Of a stretch of DNA of 64,000 bases, positions 50,685 to 63,463 are shown piece after piece; position 1 is the first letter of the stretch; each line of letters opens with the position of its first letter. Source of the DNA: Raillietiella orientalis (taxonomy: Eukaryota); assembly GCA_036172245.1 (NCBI GenBank), contig JAYWIR010000009.1, forward strand, positions 3,534,001-3,598,000, written 5' to 3'. The notes under the pieces were generated by a model. It made no database searches and was not told where the DNA came from. It saw only the letters and a program-made list of their open reading frames with translations. Both the position numbers and the translations under genes were made by a program.

Positions 50685-52032
50685 ACTCCGCACTGGTGGC
50701 TGCGGTCTCCTCCTCGGGCGGCACCAAGCGCTGCGGGTTCGAATCCCGCCCGGGGAAGGACCGACGCCAGAGAAATGGAGGACGCGCCGTGGGTTGTGGG
50801 TCCCCCCGCACGATGATGCCGATTGGCCTGTAGGCTTCGGAACACTCCCGCTGATTGGCCGGGATTGGAAGTTGACCCACCGGGGTCCTTCCAGGAACCA
50901 AAGAGTCGGTTCCCTTTGGAGTTCCTTTTCTCCTGCCGCGAAAAAGGAACCCTCTTTCCCTTCTCGGGGGGAGACCCTCCATCGCATCCCATGGAGCTGG
51001 TTGATACCTCTCCAGAGTATCAGGAAGGACGCTGCTCCCTTCAGAGAAATCGGGAAGCATCCCTTCAGAATTCTTTTCAGAGCAGGAAACCAGGAGCGGT
51101 TCCTCCCCTCCGGGGGTCACTCTGGAGAGAATGAGGAGGAAGTTGTTTCCCTTCGGGGTTCCCTACCAATCGTAAGAGGAACGGAGTCCTTCCTGGATTC
51201 ATAGGGTGGTCCCTTCGGGGTTACCCCCTATAACTTGAACAGCGCTGAAGAACAATTGGACCCTCCCCCTGAACTGGTAGGAGTTGGCACTTCTGCTATT
51301 GCACTGGGGTCTCCTGTGCAATTCCCGCCGGTCCCACTGGACCCTGACTGCTGCAGGTGCGGGGAACGGGAATTCCCAACTCCCGCTCCTTCTCGTAGAC
51401 TGTGTTGCCCTCCGGCCCCTGTGGCTGCGTTACGCAACGGTCCTTGGTGCACCGACGGACAATCCCAGGGACACGACAAAGCGCCTCTTCGTGCGCGATG
51501 CCCTTTCGCCTGCCGCATCCCAAGCAGCTCCTTGCTGCTGCCCGCGTGGGGCTGTAGCGGCCTGGAGCTACACGAGAGGAGGACGGATTGATCGGCACGC
51601 CATCTGCTTCGCCCTACGCTTCCTGAGGATGGCAGCTAGATAGCCCCACCTAGGGCACACTCGGACGGAACTAGCGTGCATCCTGGAAAGGATGCAGAGG
51701 ACGCCCTCCAGAGGATAGTGATCTCTTCCCAAACCCTCCCAATTTTTGTATTTATGTTTTTGTTTATTTTTTATTTTTTGTTTGCCCCCTCCGCTGCCGA
51801 GGTGAACCTTGCCGGCCTGCGTGCCGGTTACTCGTCAGGTTCTGGGCATTTTCGGACAATGTAGGTCCGATGGCCCTACATATGTGTCTTCATTTTTTAT
51901 AATAAACATGCCGGCGTGACCGGGTGATAAAACTATAACTTGAAGCGTCACACACACTCTCGGGCTTCGTGAGTCCCCTCTGAGGAGGCGGGCGGTTCCT
52001 CAGCTCTCCTCGAGAACTAAAAAAAAAAAAAG
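50685..52032 (+). mobile_element. SINE-like family A copy split by a LINE B insertion (body to 51239; tail 51945-52032)
   Basis: B-box gggttcgaatccc. The tail and poly(A) resume after the TSD. Confidence 0.88.
51240..51932 (+). mobile_element. LINE subfamily B copy with 12-bp TSD
   Basis: TSD ctataacttgaa at 51228-51239 and 51933-51944. LLLHWGLLCNSRRSHW motif. Terminal aataaacatgccggcgtgaccgggtgataaaa. Confidence 0.92.
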
Positions 52033-52559
52033 AAAACCAGGAAAAAAAAATATAACGCAGGATAGGAAAGAGCAGACCCACGTGGTGATGGTGGTCAGAG
52101 CGCCACTGATGGGGAGGAGCTTCTTTCAAGACGCACATCCAGTCGGACGAAGCACTTCATGAAGGGTTTCGAGCTGCTGCTGCTGCACGAATGACCATGT
52201 CTTGTGCCTTCTGCTCTGGATTTCTTCTCCACCGGGAAGGGAAATGAGATCCCCGTCCGTTCCTCTTCTCCCGCTCCCCAACGTATGTGTTGCAAGCGCA
52301 TCCTGAAAATTTGCGGAGGATGGAGTCCTCATTCATTTTTGCTTCTTTCCATGTCTCTTCGAGTTTTCCTTTCTTTTTCTTTGTTCTTCCGGTCTTTGTG
52401 TTGGTCTTCCGAGAACTCGAGAACTGCCGCTCCACCCCACTGGGAGCATCAAGGCAAAGCCCGGGATCGGGAGGCACTCCGAAGGGTCTACCTTCGATTC
52501 GCGGTGGCCAGATCGATGGGGCGTCCGGCAGAGGGCGGGAGCTCGCATCCTACCGATGC

Positions 52560-52660
52560 TCACCCAACTCCGTCCCAGAGTCATCTCGCGGGGAGGCACG
52601 GAAGCTGCGACGCATCCAGCTTGGCGCCCGCGATCCTTGACGGAGCGATTCGATCCCGCG
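52560..52660 (+). repeat. Dispersed repeat F, copy 2
   Basis: Homologous to 6215-6310. Confidence 0.75.
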
Positions 52661-53904
52661 ACGCTCGCTGATGCGCTCGGATGGACGCTAGCATGGACCT
52701 TTCCTTAAATTCCCTGTCAGCCTCCAGGGCACCCGAAAGGAATGTCCGTTCCCTTGACCTCCCCTTGACCTTAAATGCGTGAGGGCGGCAGTCGTTCCAA
52801 GTAGATGCAGCGAACGGGGCAGACCACAACAAAAAACATCCGACAGTTCAGTCTCCCTTGCAACCTTGGGACAACTCTTGAATGGCTGAGATGAAGCTGC
52901 CGGGATCGAGTTGTGGGAATCTGAGAAGCAGCAGCGCTCCTGAGCAGGCAGCAGCTCGGCATCTGGCGGGAAACCACGCGGGAGACTCAGTCATTCTTGG
53001 CACCTCGCTTGGGGCGTTCCGCTCCGCAGGTGCTGGAAACTCTAGGTGACCGTCTGCCGCTGCTCAATGCTAGACGTCCAAACACGAAGGCTACGTCTAC
53101 CCGCGTTGACCTGCGTTCCAGGAGTTCTTCGGGACACGCGAAGAGTTTCAGAGCAGCCAGGGAGCAACTTGGAAAACCCGTGATCGAGAGAGCCCAGGAG
53201 CAGCTTTGCCTCGGGCATGTTCCTCGGCATTCCTGCTGACCACCTGAAGCTTCAGTACCCCCCCACCCTTCCTCCTGCAAGCAGCCGTTTTCAGATACCA
53301 TGGTCTCTGCCTCCTGGGAGCAGGTTCCTCCTCTCTCCCTCCTCCCTTTCTAGTCGGGGTCCTCCGTTACAGCACCACTTTCTCCGGAGGAACGCGTCTT
53401 TGGGGACGATGGACTCACGGCGACAGCTGCCGCGATGCGCTCGCTACAGACCTCCACCTCACGAACGGAGGAAACCCAATTCGAGGGGGATGAGGGTGGG
53501 ACGGGTCTTTCTGGCGGCAACGCCAAGAGCTGGCACCCAACCCAGGGGTCAAGTAGGCAGCTTCCGTCTTCCTCCTCGGTAGGAGAGAAAGTAGATCGCC
53601 AAGAAGCAACTCTTCGTTCCCAGCAGGGTCGAGGCTGCTCTCTTGCCGCAAGCGCCGAGGTCTCCGCTGCCGGAGCTCTTCGGCGAGCCGAAGAAGCGAG
53701 GATATCGACTTCCTGGCCGCGTGATTCCCACGTCGCCCTCGTCAGGGTGAAGCGGCCGCGAGCCACGATTCGCCCGAGAGGAATTCTGTTCTTCCTTGGT
53801 CCTCGACCCTTTCTTCTTTTCCAGCCACATTTCGACTCAGATCCAGAGGAGTACGAGCGGCCGCGGAGGACTCTCCTGCCTTCTCCCACCCAACCGCTGT
53901 GGGC

Positions 53905-54335
53905 TCTTCGGAGAAATCCGGGAGCGTCCCTTCAGAGTTCTCTTCGGAAGAGGAAGATGCAAGGAGCGGTTCATTTGCGGGTGTGCCCAACGGAGATAAG
54001 AATTCCAGGAGCGCAAGAAAAGGAGAAGAAACGAGGAGCGCCCCCAACAAACCAGGAGGTCCCTCTGGAGAGAGCAAGGAAGAGGTCCCTTCGAGGTCCT
54101 CTTTGGAGACGACCAGTGGAGAGTTCCCTTCGGGGTTGCCTTCCAAGAGTCAGAGAGGAGCAGACTCCTCCCTCCGAAGCCTTCCTGGATTTATAAAGTG
54201 GTCTTTCCAGGGTCATGCCCTAACTTGAGGGACGTCCTTTCGGGTGGCGTGGACGGTTCTTCAAGAGCTTGGTGAGTCCCCCCGAAAGGAGGCGAACAGT
54301 TCTTCAGCACTTGGCGAAGAGGGGAAAAAAAAAAC
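53905..54335 (+). mobile_element. SINE-like family A, 5'-truncated copy
   Basis: Body modules plus tail ggtggcgtggacggttcttc...cagcacttggcgaa and an A run. Confidence 0.8.
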
Positions 54336-54433
54336 TAGGAGGAAAGCAGAAGATCCTAACAGATTTTCTTCTTCTGAGGCCCTTGGAATTTCCTCCCAGG
54401 CTGCCGAGAGAGAACCATCCTGCATCGGGTGGC

Positions 54434-54604
54434 ACCTTCCCGGCATGGAGGACTTCCGAGGTTGTGCCTGTCAGGCAGTCGATCTGTCTACCGGGAGAGA
54501 ACCATCGAATCTCCTGTCACCATGGCAACCTAAGCACCAATGCCCGGGGCGGTGGGAAGTGCTCAAACAGGCACAACCTCGGAAGCCCTCCATGCCGGGA
54601 AGGT
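54434..54604. repeat. 38-bp inverted repeat with 95-bp spacer
   Basis: 54434-54471 is the reverse complement of 54567-54604 with 1 mismatch. Confidence 0.9.
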
Positions 54605-57199
54605 CTGACCAGACTCAGGACGCGAGCAAATATTGGCCAGCAGACTGACCACACCCTTTGCCAGAACTTCAGCTGCACGTGGATGGGGCTCCCATCCCTG
54701 ACGTCTTTCGGAAGATCGCCGTAGGTCCATCCAGCGGGTCGCGCGTAGAATCAGGGAGGGAGGAGGAGGCTGGACAAGGAGCCAGCGCTTCTTTCGGCGG
54801 AAAACCGCTAAGGATGGATGAAGGGAGAGGCAGAGGACCCCTTGGGTCGCGTTAGTAGGCACGCAGGAGACAGTCACATCCGGTAGGATCCCTCCCAAAC
54901 CTGCCCTCGAACAAGCGATGACCTCCTTCACTCCTTCGCCTAGGGACACCGGAGCTGTCCAGACTCCTGCTCCGATCCTTGCCTCTCCCTAGTCCTACAA
55001 CCCACTTTCATCTCCTCACTCTTCCCGACATCTATCCCTCTCTCTCACGCACCTAGGGAGCTGGTGAGACTTCCGAGGAGGGCGGGGAGAGGAAAAGGAC
55101 GACGAGAAAAGCAGATGCTAGAGGGAAAGTCCTCTCCCGAGGACCACCAGTCGCAGGTCGAGTGAACATTGGAAACTGCATTCCCCCTCCCGTAGCCAGA
55201 GGCTCCTCGTTTCTGAGACAGGCCGCTCCCTCTGTTCTCGCCACCGCACACCGACCTACCAGGGAGACCTTCTTTCCGGAGCGGCCCTCTCGAGGGACGG
55301 GGAGTAGGCAGATGCCTTCCCACCCCCATGGAGAACCTCGCAGGAGGTCTCCCGTGGAGAGGATTTCGACGATCCCAAACGCCATCCGGGAGGAACCGGC
55401 TCTCCGGTCTGCAAGGGGAGAGGCGAACGGGAGGCGCAGCCGCTGTCGCCGCTTCCTCACCCCTTCGAGCTCCCGAGACCTTCCCGGGACCTTAGAGCTC
55501 CCGGTCTGAGCAGAGCGGTAAGGGCGGAGGCGTGACGAGTCGGCAGCCTCCCGAGGACTACGATCGACCTCTCGCCACCTCCCCCTCTAGAAGACCAGGA
55601 TAAGGCTTCCGCCTCACGTCCCCTTCCTTCCCCCTTCCCCCGCCTGCTCCCTTTTGCGCCTTCCCCCCCCTTTTTTTTATTCTCACCAGACAACACGGAA
55701 ATAACCGGAAGGGGACGCTCCACTCCCCCGCTCGAGCGAGGGAGGCAAGCACCACAGGAACGAGCCGGCGGGAGCGAACAGAGCAGGTCCATCCATCGGG
55801 TCCACTGGGGAAGGGGAGGGAGGAAGGGGGGAGCGAGTCCCGGAGCTCCGGGAATTGGGAATAGGGTCGTCCCCTCCGCTCCCTGCGTTCACAGGAGGAT
55901 GGCCCAGAGGCTCACGGATAAGGATAGCAGCAGAAGCATCGTCTCAGTCTTCCCCTCGCGGCTTACGTGGCCACCGTGCATGGCAGCAGGGGCATCATCT
56001 GAAACAGACGGACACCTCAGAACAGAAGAGGGCTGCGAGAAGCTGACCACCACCCTTCCTTCCTCTTCGTCCCGGAAGCAACAGATTTGCGGCCGCAGCC
56101 TCCCGCGTCCGGAAGGAGGGCGCCAGCCTTGTCGCAGGGACTCGTCGGCCCAAGGGCGCCGGCGGGGATGCGCGACCGTAGTTTCCCGGGACAGCGGGCG
56201 GAGCCTCGTCCCTGCCTGAGGGCCCCGAAAAGGCCCTCCGCGAGCCGGACGTTGCCGCCAGCCGGACCCGCGCAAGCGGAAAGAGCGGCCCGCATCGGGG
56301 GCTCACAGCCCTCCCATCTCAGCCGCCGAGAGCAGCGGTCCTTCCTCGCCTCCCCCGCCCTCCAGGCGCCTGGGGAGGAAGAACCTCCTGTGAGTCGATC
56401 TGCAGCAGGGGGGGGGGAAGGCACACGGTCGCGAGAAAAGCTCCTGCTGGGCTTGCCGGGAGAGGGGACTCCTGGGGCGTCGCGACTAGGGAAACCAGCG
56501 CGAAAATCCTCCCGGAGCGACCTTCGACACCGGAAGGCGACTGAGCTCTGCGCTTTCCTCTTTCGGCTCCCCCATCCAGCCGACTTCCCCGCGTTAACAG
56601 CAGCCAGTCACCAAGCAACGGGTTCACGGAGGGCGGGAGCCCTTCCTCGGTCCACTTGCCACTGACACTCCGTTTCCCCTCTCCCGAGGCTGGTGCAAGG
56701 CTGACTCTTCCCAGCCGGGTAAGTGGAAGCGCTGAGGACGGAGACACCCAAGCGGTTCCCTTCAGTTGGTGGAGGAACCCGACGGCAGCCCCGCAGCTGC
56801 TCCAGGGCACAAGGGATCCCCCTCTTCCTTCTATCGCCCCGGGGTATGCTCGGCACCCGAACTTCCAGCTCGCAGTGAGCCACCCCAGGTCATCCGAAAC
56901 GAGCGTTGCCAGCGTGTCAAGGCAAACACTCCCTCTCGCGCCTGCGCCTGTAGTTCGGACAAGAGGAAAGGCGCGCCCCTCTGCCTGAAAACTCAGCGGT
57001 CTCTTCCGGTGGGAAGTGCATGCGAACCCATGGAAGCGGAAAGTGAAGGTTGACTTCTCCATGGACTTGCGACTCCGAGCAACCTGAAGGAGGTTCTGTC
57101 TCTCTCGACCCCGCTCCCTCGCTCCTTCCCCTATTACCCATCTTTCGATACCACGCCTGGAAAATCTGCTTGCCTCCCTCGACCAGATCCAGCCCATCG

Positions 57200-57520
57200 A
57201 CCGCGGATTTACAGGAGCAGATATTTTCCGGGTTCCCTTCAGAGAAGGAAAAATGGAGCAGACCCCCCTCCGGGGGTCCTCCGGAGAGAATAAGGAAGGA
57301 TCCCTTCTGGATTCCCCTTCGGAGACAACCAGGGTGGAGATGATCTCCATTTCCGGGAATTGCTCCCTAGGCTTGAGAGGAACGGACTCCGAGTCCTTCC
57401 TGGATTCATAGGGCGGACATCTCCCGGGGTGCCCCCTATCTTGAAGAATTACCCACCCTCGGGTGGCGTTGAACCATGTCGAAGAACTGCGAAGACAGAA
57501 AAGACAGGATTTCCATCATC
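57200..57520 (+). mobile_element. SINE-like family A, 5'-truncated copy, alternative-tail subfamily
   Basis: Close match to 43590-43912. Confidence 0.85.
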
Positions 57521-60500
57521 CACGGTCCCGAGTATCCCGTGGACGGAGATGGACCCGGAAGGGAAACAGTGTGATCCGATGGATAGGGAGCATCCATTTG
57601 CCACCTCCACGTCATCTCGTCATCGCTCAGAATGACGTCCTCAAAAGCCACCGGGTAGCGTCGTTGGGGGTGCGCCCAAGGCCTTTCCTGGATGCTTTGT
57701 ACATACGGAAGCTCGTTCCAGAAGAGTTTATTCGTCCACGGGAGCACCTTGGGAAGGACGGCAACGATGAGGACGGAGATCAGGAAGCAAATCGTGGACT
57801 CCTCCAAGAGGTGCGCACGCGATCCTTCCGTGCTTACTCTTCTCCGGTGTGGCACCAATGTGAACGATTCGAGACAGCCGCCGAGGGGCGAGCAAATTTG
57901 CTGCCTCCTGGCAACCGAGTGCGAGACCACGGTCTCGATAGCGGTCCATTGTTGCCCGCTCTGATTAGGATGGACAACAATGCGCGGATGAGGTGCATTG
58001 TTGTGAAATTGCCGGCTCGTGACTTGTTTACTTCTGGTGACGCCACCAGTCGAAATACTCCGAGGCCTTCCTGCACCTACGTCACTGCGCGGGAAAATTC
58101 GAAGGGGGAAGAAAAGAACTCCATGGCCATTTGGCGATCGGGGGAGAAGGCGCCACATTTCTTCCCGCTTTAACGATCGTGAGGAAGTTAACCGAACTCG
58201 TACTCCGTATTTTTGGACATCCTGTCTAGCTTACCCAAGAGGTTACTAACGTGCTTCCCTCTCCTAATACTTCGCCGTTCTTGCTAATCTTATTAGCGGC
58301 ATGCCTCCACTGTAGAGCTAAAGACGTGCGTGGCTCAGTCTCCGTGCTCCTCATGACCAAGTTGCACGCTTCGCTCGCCATGTTCCACGTATCCATCGAA
58401 AGCACGGAACATCCCTTCTGCGTTTTCGAGCCATCGTCAGGTGTGCAGACGAGCAGATGCGTTCGCACATTGGTGGAGCATCATCGTCAGCATGATGGAG
58501 TCAGTGCTCTGTCCGACTCCTGAGTGGACCGGATCGGAAAGAACACCCTGGGAAGACTGGGAAGAGGATTTCAAACTGTGAACGACTTCAGCGCTACAGG
58601 CGATGTGGGAGTCATCACAGCAGGCATCGCTTGCCCACGGGAGTCTGGATCAGGAGGAAATGGACTGCAAAGTACCGAGGCCTGGCTCTTCATTGAGACG
58701 CTGGAGACGCACCTGCATCAACACAGGTGATCATCTTTGGATGCTTGGGTCCATGAACGCCATAAAAGAGCCCCAGTTGACTGAAGAAGAGATGAGGAGC
58801 ATATCGAGAGAGGAATGGAACGTTCGACCAAGAACGCGATCATCCAGGGATGCATGCTGGAAGCACGAAATGGACCCACTGTCCGGGACGGACTCCCCTC
58901 GAGAACCACTGCCTCGTCAGAGGGAGGAGGCGAAGAGGCCACATGGATTTCGAAGCAAGTGGAGAACATTCCTCCCGCGTCTTCTGTAGCATTTTCCGTC
59001 AGCACGTTTTGCGGGTCACAAATCAGGATGAAGGATCGGGATGCCCTTCCAGAAGGCTTGCTCCCTCTCCTTGCCGATCCGGGCTGTTGTTCTTCTTGCT
59101 TCCCGGAGCCCTCTCCGCCCGCGAAATAGCCCCGTGGTGCGCTCCACCCTTGAGCTCTTAAAAGATCGATTCACGCGGGAAGTGGCACCGCCGCTCGCGG
59201 ACCGATGGCTGCGCGCACCTGGAAGACCATCGAAGACAGCTACTCCTCATCTCCAGCCTCCAGCTAACTATCTGGAGGCTGGCGCGCGAAGACGCCAAGT
59301 CCAATCCTGCACGGGGAACCCCCTCATTCCGCGCAGTCCCCGAATGCTTCCTTGACCCTTCCCAAGGACGGAGAACGACACTGCACTGTTGCGAGTGATG
59401 GTCGCTCCCGAAAACTTCAGTCGATCCCCGCCACCGTCCGATGGGTAAGCCCTGAAAGGTGATGGAATGTTCGCGAATGCCGAAGGCTCAGACTACTGAG
59501 GAAGAGACTTCAGCTCCGCATCCTCTCGCGCACCATCTGCCCGCGATCCGAAGACCGGTCCGAGCCAATTCCTGTCCTCATGTGCTCGCAGCTGCTCCGC
59601 CTCCGCGCGGAGCACATAGAAGAAAAGCGTTGCCAGACCCACGGAGAGAATGGCTCACGGAGGAACGGGACCTGGAGGAGAGTGGACGAGAGACCTTCAC
59701 TCCATCCGGCTTTTAGACCCCCAGTTTCTCATCTGGGGGACCTCTTATCTAGCCGCCCACCCGAAGGGGTTGCGAGAGGTCCGAGAGCCTTACCTCTCAC
59801 AGCTCTGCGCGAGGTGCGGGAAGGAGTTGCTGCGGGCCGCGCACTTCACCGTCCGCCGGCCCACCGGCGGAGCCCGTCTCCAAGGAAAGCGCTCTCTTGC
59901 AGAGTGGGATCCTCGTCCAGTTCCCTTCCTGCTGACCCTGGAACGCGGGGGACGGCGGCAGACTCCCGGCGCTTTCTATCCCGGAAATCTCGCCGCAGAG
60001 GTCGCCATCCCTCTCCTCACTGCTCGAGAAGAACGTCCGCATCGCCGCCGCTGGAGAACGACGTTGGTGATTCGGTCCGGTAGCAGCAACCCCTTCCTTG
60101 ACGACGTTCCCGTCCGGGATTCCCCCCCGTGAAACGCAGGGGTCACCTGCGCTTCGATCCCAGATATGGAAGCAGCCCTTGCGAATTTCCACAGCAACAG
60201 ACCCGCTAGCGGCTCTTCCTTTCTGAACGGAACGACCCACGTAACGAAGTCCTCGAGGGAATGCTTGGGGCAGGGGCGAAGGCTGACCCCTGGGCGCCCT
60301 CGCCGTCAGCACGGACCGGCGCTCCTTCGGCGGCACTTGGCTGCCTACTGTCCTTGCCCGGCCCTTCTGAGCAAGGCAAGACAAGCGACCGCACCCCAGG
60401 GTTCACTCAGGGCAACCCTCCCTTTCCTCTCGGCGTCGAATCTTCCCTCAACGCGCGCTTCGCCGAAGCCGGCGCGGTCAGAGCAGGCGTTGTTCGCGCG

Positions 60501-62429
60501 CTCTCTCCGTGGTCGCTCGCCAGCCACGGAGCATGCATCGGTCCAAATGATCCTTCCATCGTTGCCCCCGCGAAACTCTTCTCCCGAGGACTGATTTCGT
60601 AATAACAGCAGCGCCTCCCGGAAGTTTCGGTACTCGCCCGCAACACGGTTGGAAGAATGTAGGTCTGCAGAGTCGTTCGCAGCGCCTTCCGCACACGGAG
60701 GAATGGGGAGGGGAGAATGGAAATGCCAATTTTCTCGGTTTTCACAGTTCTAAAACATTCGATGTGCCGAGTTTTCCAAAGAAAAGAAAAAAAAGCTGAT
60801 TTTTTTTTCAAAAAAAAAAATAAATTCCTTCGGTCCTCCACTCATGAAGCTGTGGATTCGTTTCCCAAGCAGAACTCAGTCGCCTGGATTGACACTCGAT
60901 GATGACCTCGAACCTTCCACACCCTCGAAGTCACCCGTTTCACTTGGTTTCCTTCCCCACTCCTCCTTCCTCTCTCTCTTTCCCCTCCCCTCTGTTTTGC
61001 TCCCTCCAACTCTTCACGACGCGCAAGGAGAGACATCCTGCTTGTCCACTGCTTGGATCCGGGATAAGGGAGCGGTCGCTGCCGCGGGACAGATGAAGAG
61101 AATCGGCTTCCCCCCCCAGACACGTAAAACGAGACACTTCGGGCCCTCCCTCACGTAGTAGGAATCCCGGAAGGAGGAGAGCCTGCCCGCAGGTGCGCCT
61201 GCATTCCCAACGACTCACAGACGGCGGAAGCTTCGGCGCCGTATTGGATTCCTGCCGCTGCAGACCTGAGATGACCAGCCCAGAGCAGACCGGCCTGCAG
61301 CGATCTGCTTGGAAAGATGCCAGGACGTCTCCCCGTTCTTTCCCACTCGCTTTCATCCACCCCCTCCTGCAGCGTCCATGGAGGCGTTGCTCCTGCAAAG
61401 TCCCCTGCATGGCGGCGCCGAACCCTGATGACGGGCGCAGCAAGCGCTTGGACGCAACGAACTTCCCCCCAATAAGGCCACCTTAAAAGGATCAGCGACG
61501 AGTTCCTGAGACTCCTGGTGGACAAATTCTGCAGGTCGCACGCGCACTAACACAGGAGGATACTGGGCGTCTTCCGGTAGCGAGCAAATCGGGGTGACTT
61601 GCTGGGTACACTGCCTAGGACAGGCGCCCCCTCCGAACCGCGAAGCTCGGACCCACTATAGCCCGGAGGCAGAAAGGCGGCAAACCTTTGGCCTCGCTGC
61701 GGCGCGCCGAAATCCTAGCAAACAGGTGCTTCGCTGGCCGACGAAGACTCCCGCGACCGAACACAAGGACACGGATTGAGCCGCGACGATGGCGCCAAAT
61801 GACTGCCTCTTCTCGTCCCGGATCGCATCGAAGCCTTCAACATCCAATTCGTAAGAAGCCGCTATTGAGCTCGTGGCTGACCTGCGTGTCACGACATTTC
61901 CCTCCAGAACCGACAGAACAACCGGGCACCCTTGTAGTGTCCATTTTGATGTCTTCGCGTTTTGCGTGCTCGATTTCAGAAAAAGCTCTAGAGTGACTTT
62001 CCCATCGAGGATTGCCGCAGGGCATTGATTGAAGATAAATAAATACACAGTGCTATTCTAAGGAGCAGCACGTACCGGCCCCAAACTAAAGGGACTACCC
62101 TCGATAGGAACACAACTAGGGAGATAGGGAACAAAAGGAGAAAATATCAATTCCCTGGCTTGCCCAGTGACCGACCCTTGTACATCCGTCGTGAACCAAA
62201 CCTCCATGAACAACAAGGAATATGTATTTATTTATTTGATTCCTAATGTCCCCCTTGATCCATCTGTACTGAGCGTAAGTTTCTGGTACTGGCTGTCGAC
62301 TTGCGTGCCGGCGTTCTCCGACTCGCTCCTCCAGGGCACGTGAACGCATGTTTACCTGCTTTGAATAAACTCCCCAGAGTGGCCAAGTTTAAAACAACGG
62401 GGAAGCGCTGCAAAATAAAGAGTACATTC

Positions 62430-62830
62430 CTCCATGTAGTCCCAGAGCTTCTAAGTTAATCGCGACTCCTTCAAAGCTATTTATTCCGTAGCAACTTGGC
62501 ACCCCTGATTCCAGATTGCTATTCGAAGCAAGCAACGGGGTTACCTTCGAATCGATAGACTTGGAACGAAAGTCTGCTCATGATCTTCATTCATACCTAC
62601 AACCAATTATCTGCTGGTGGAATGAATGCAACAATGATGATATTACTGATACCCGGTGTGAACGGCGTGCAGCTTCGATTTCAATTCATTAATGGCGTGT
62701 TAGTCGTTGAATACGTGAATATCGTTTGTAGGTACCTACCTCACCATTCGTTTCTGTTCCTTCTGCATGTGTCTAAGAATGTATCTGGAAGTTTCTGTAA
62801 ATAGAGGAGAACAGTTCTCAGGATTCGCCA
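62430..62830 (+). pseudogene. Possible decayed CR1/L2/Jockey-type RT C-terminal region
   Basis: Motif-like pieces occur in order across frames: SPRASKLIATPSKLFI (VPQGS-like), SRLLFEAS (LFADD-like), YLQPIICWWNE, FINGVLVVEYVNIVCRYL. Confidence 0.35.
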
Positions 62831-63463
62831 CTTCCTCCATAAAGTTCTCTCCCTTCTCTTTCATCAGTACGCACAAACGAGGATACTGTTCGCCTTTTCT
62901 CTCCCCCCCCCCCCCCTATCGCATCTTCCTTCAAATTCTCCAGAGCTTTCCCGCCATCGGGAGTCGAGAACCAGCAGTCGCAGAAGCGCAGCAGACCGCA
63001 GTTGAACGAGGAGAAAAGTCGGCGAGAATTCCTCGATACCTCCGCGAATTCCCTCCATTTCCTAGTCATTTGGTTCCGCAACCCACGTGCTGCGCCTAAA
63101 GCTCTATGACGAGCTCCATAATCTATTTCTTCCTCCATAAAGATGCTTCTAGCCAGGGAGGCGACGGTAGCCAAACCAATGGATTCCTGTGTAACAGCAT
63201 TTCTGAGTGGAAATTTTTTTTTTTTTTTTTGCGCCGCGAAATCGGAGAAGAGCGATGAACGAACGCTAAGACACTTGAACTTCAAATTGCATGCGACTCT
63301 TCGTCTCTGGCGGAGGTTTATAGATGCAGGACGCTCTCATCCTGGTGATGTGGACATCAGCCTTCGCTTTCAATCTACAATAACGGGTGGCTGAGTGGGT
63401 CGTTGGCTCTGTGCGCCGAAGGAATTTTAAGCAAACTCGTGTACTTCAACGACTAAGTGTTCC

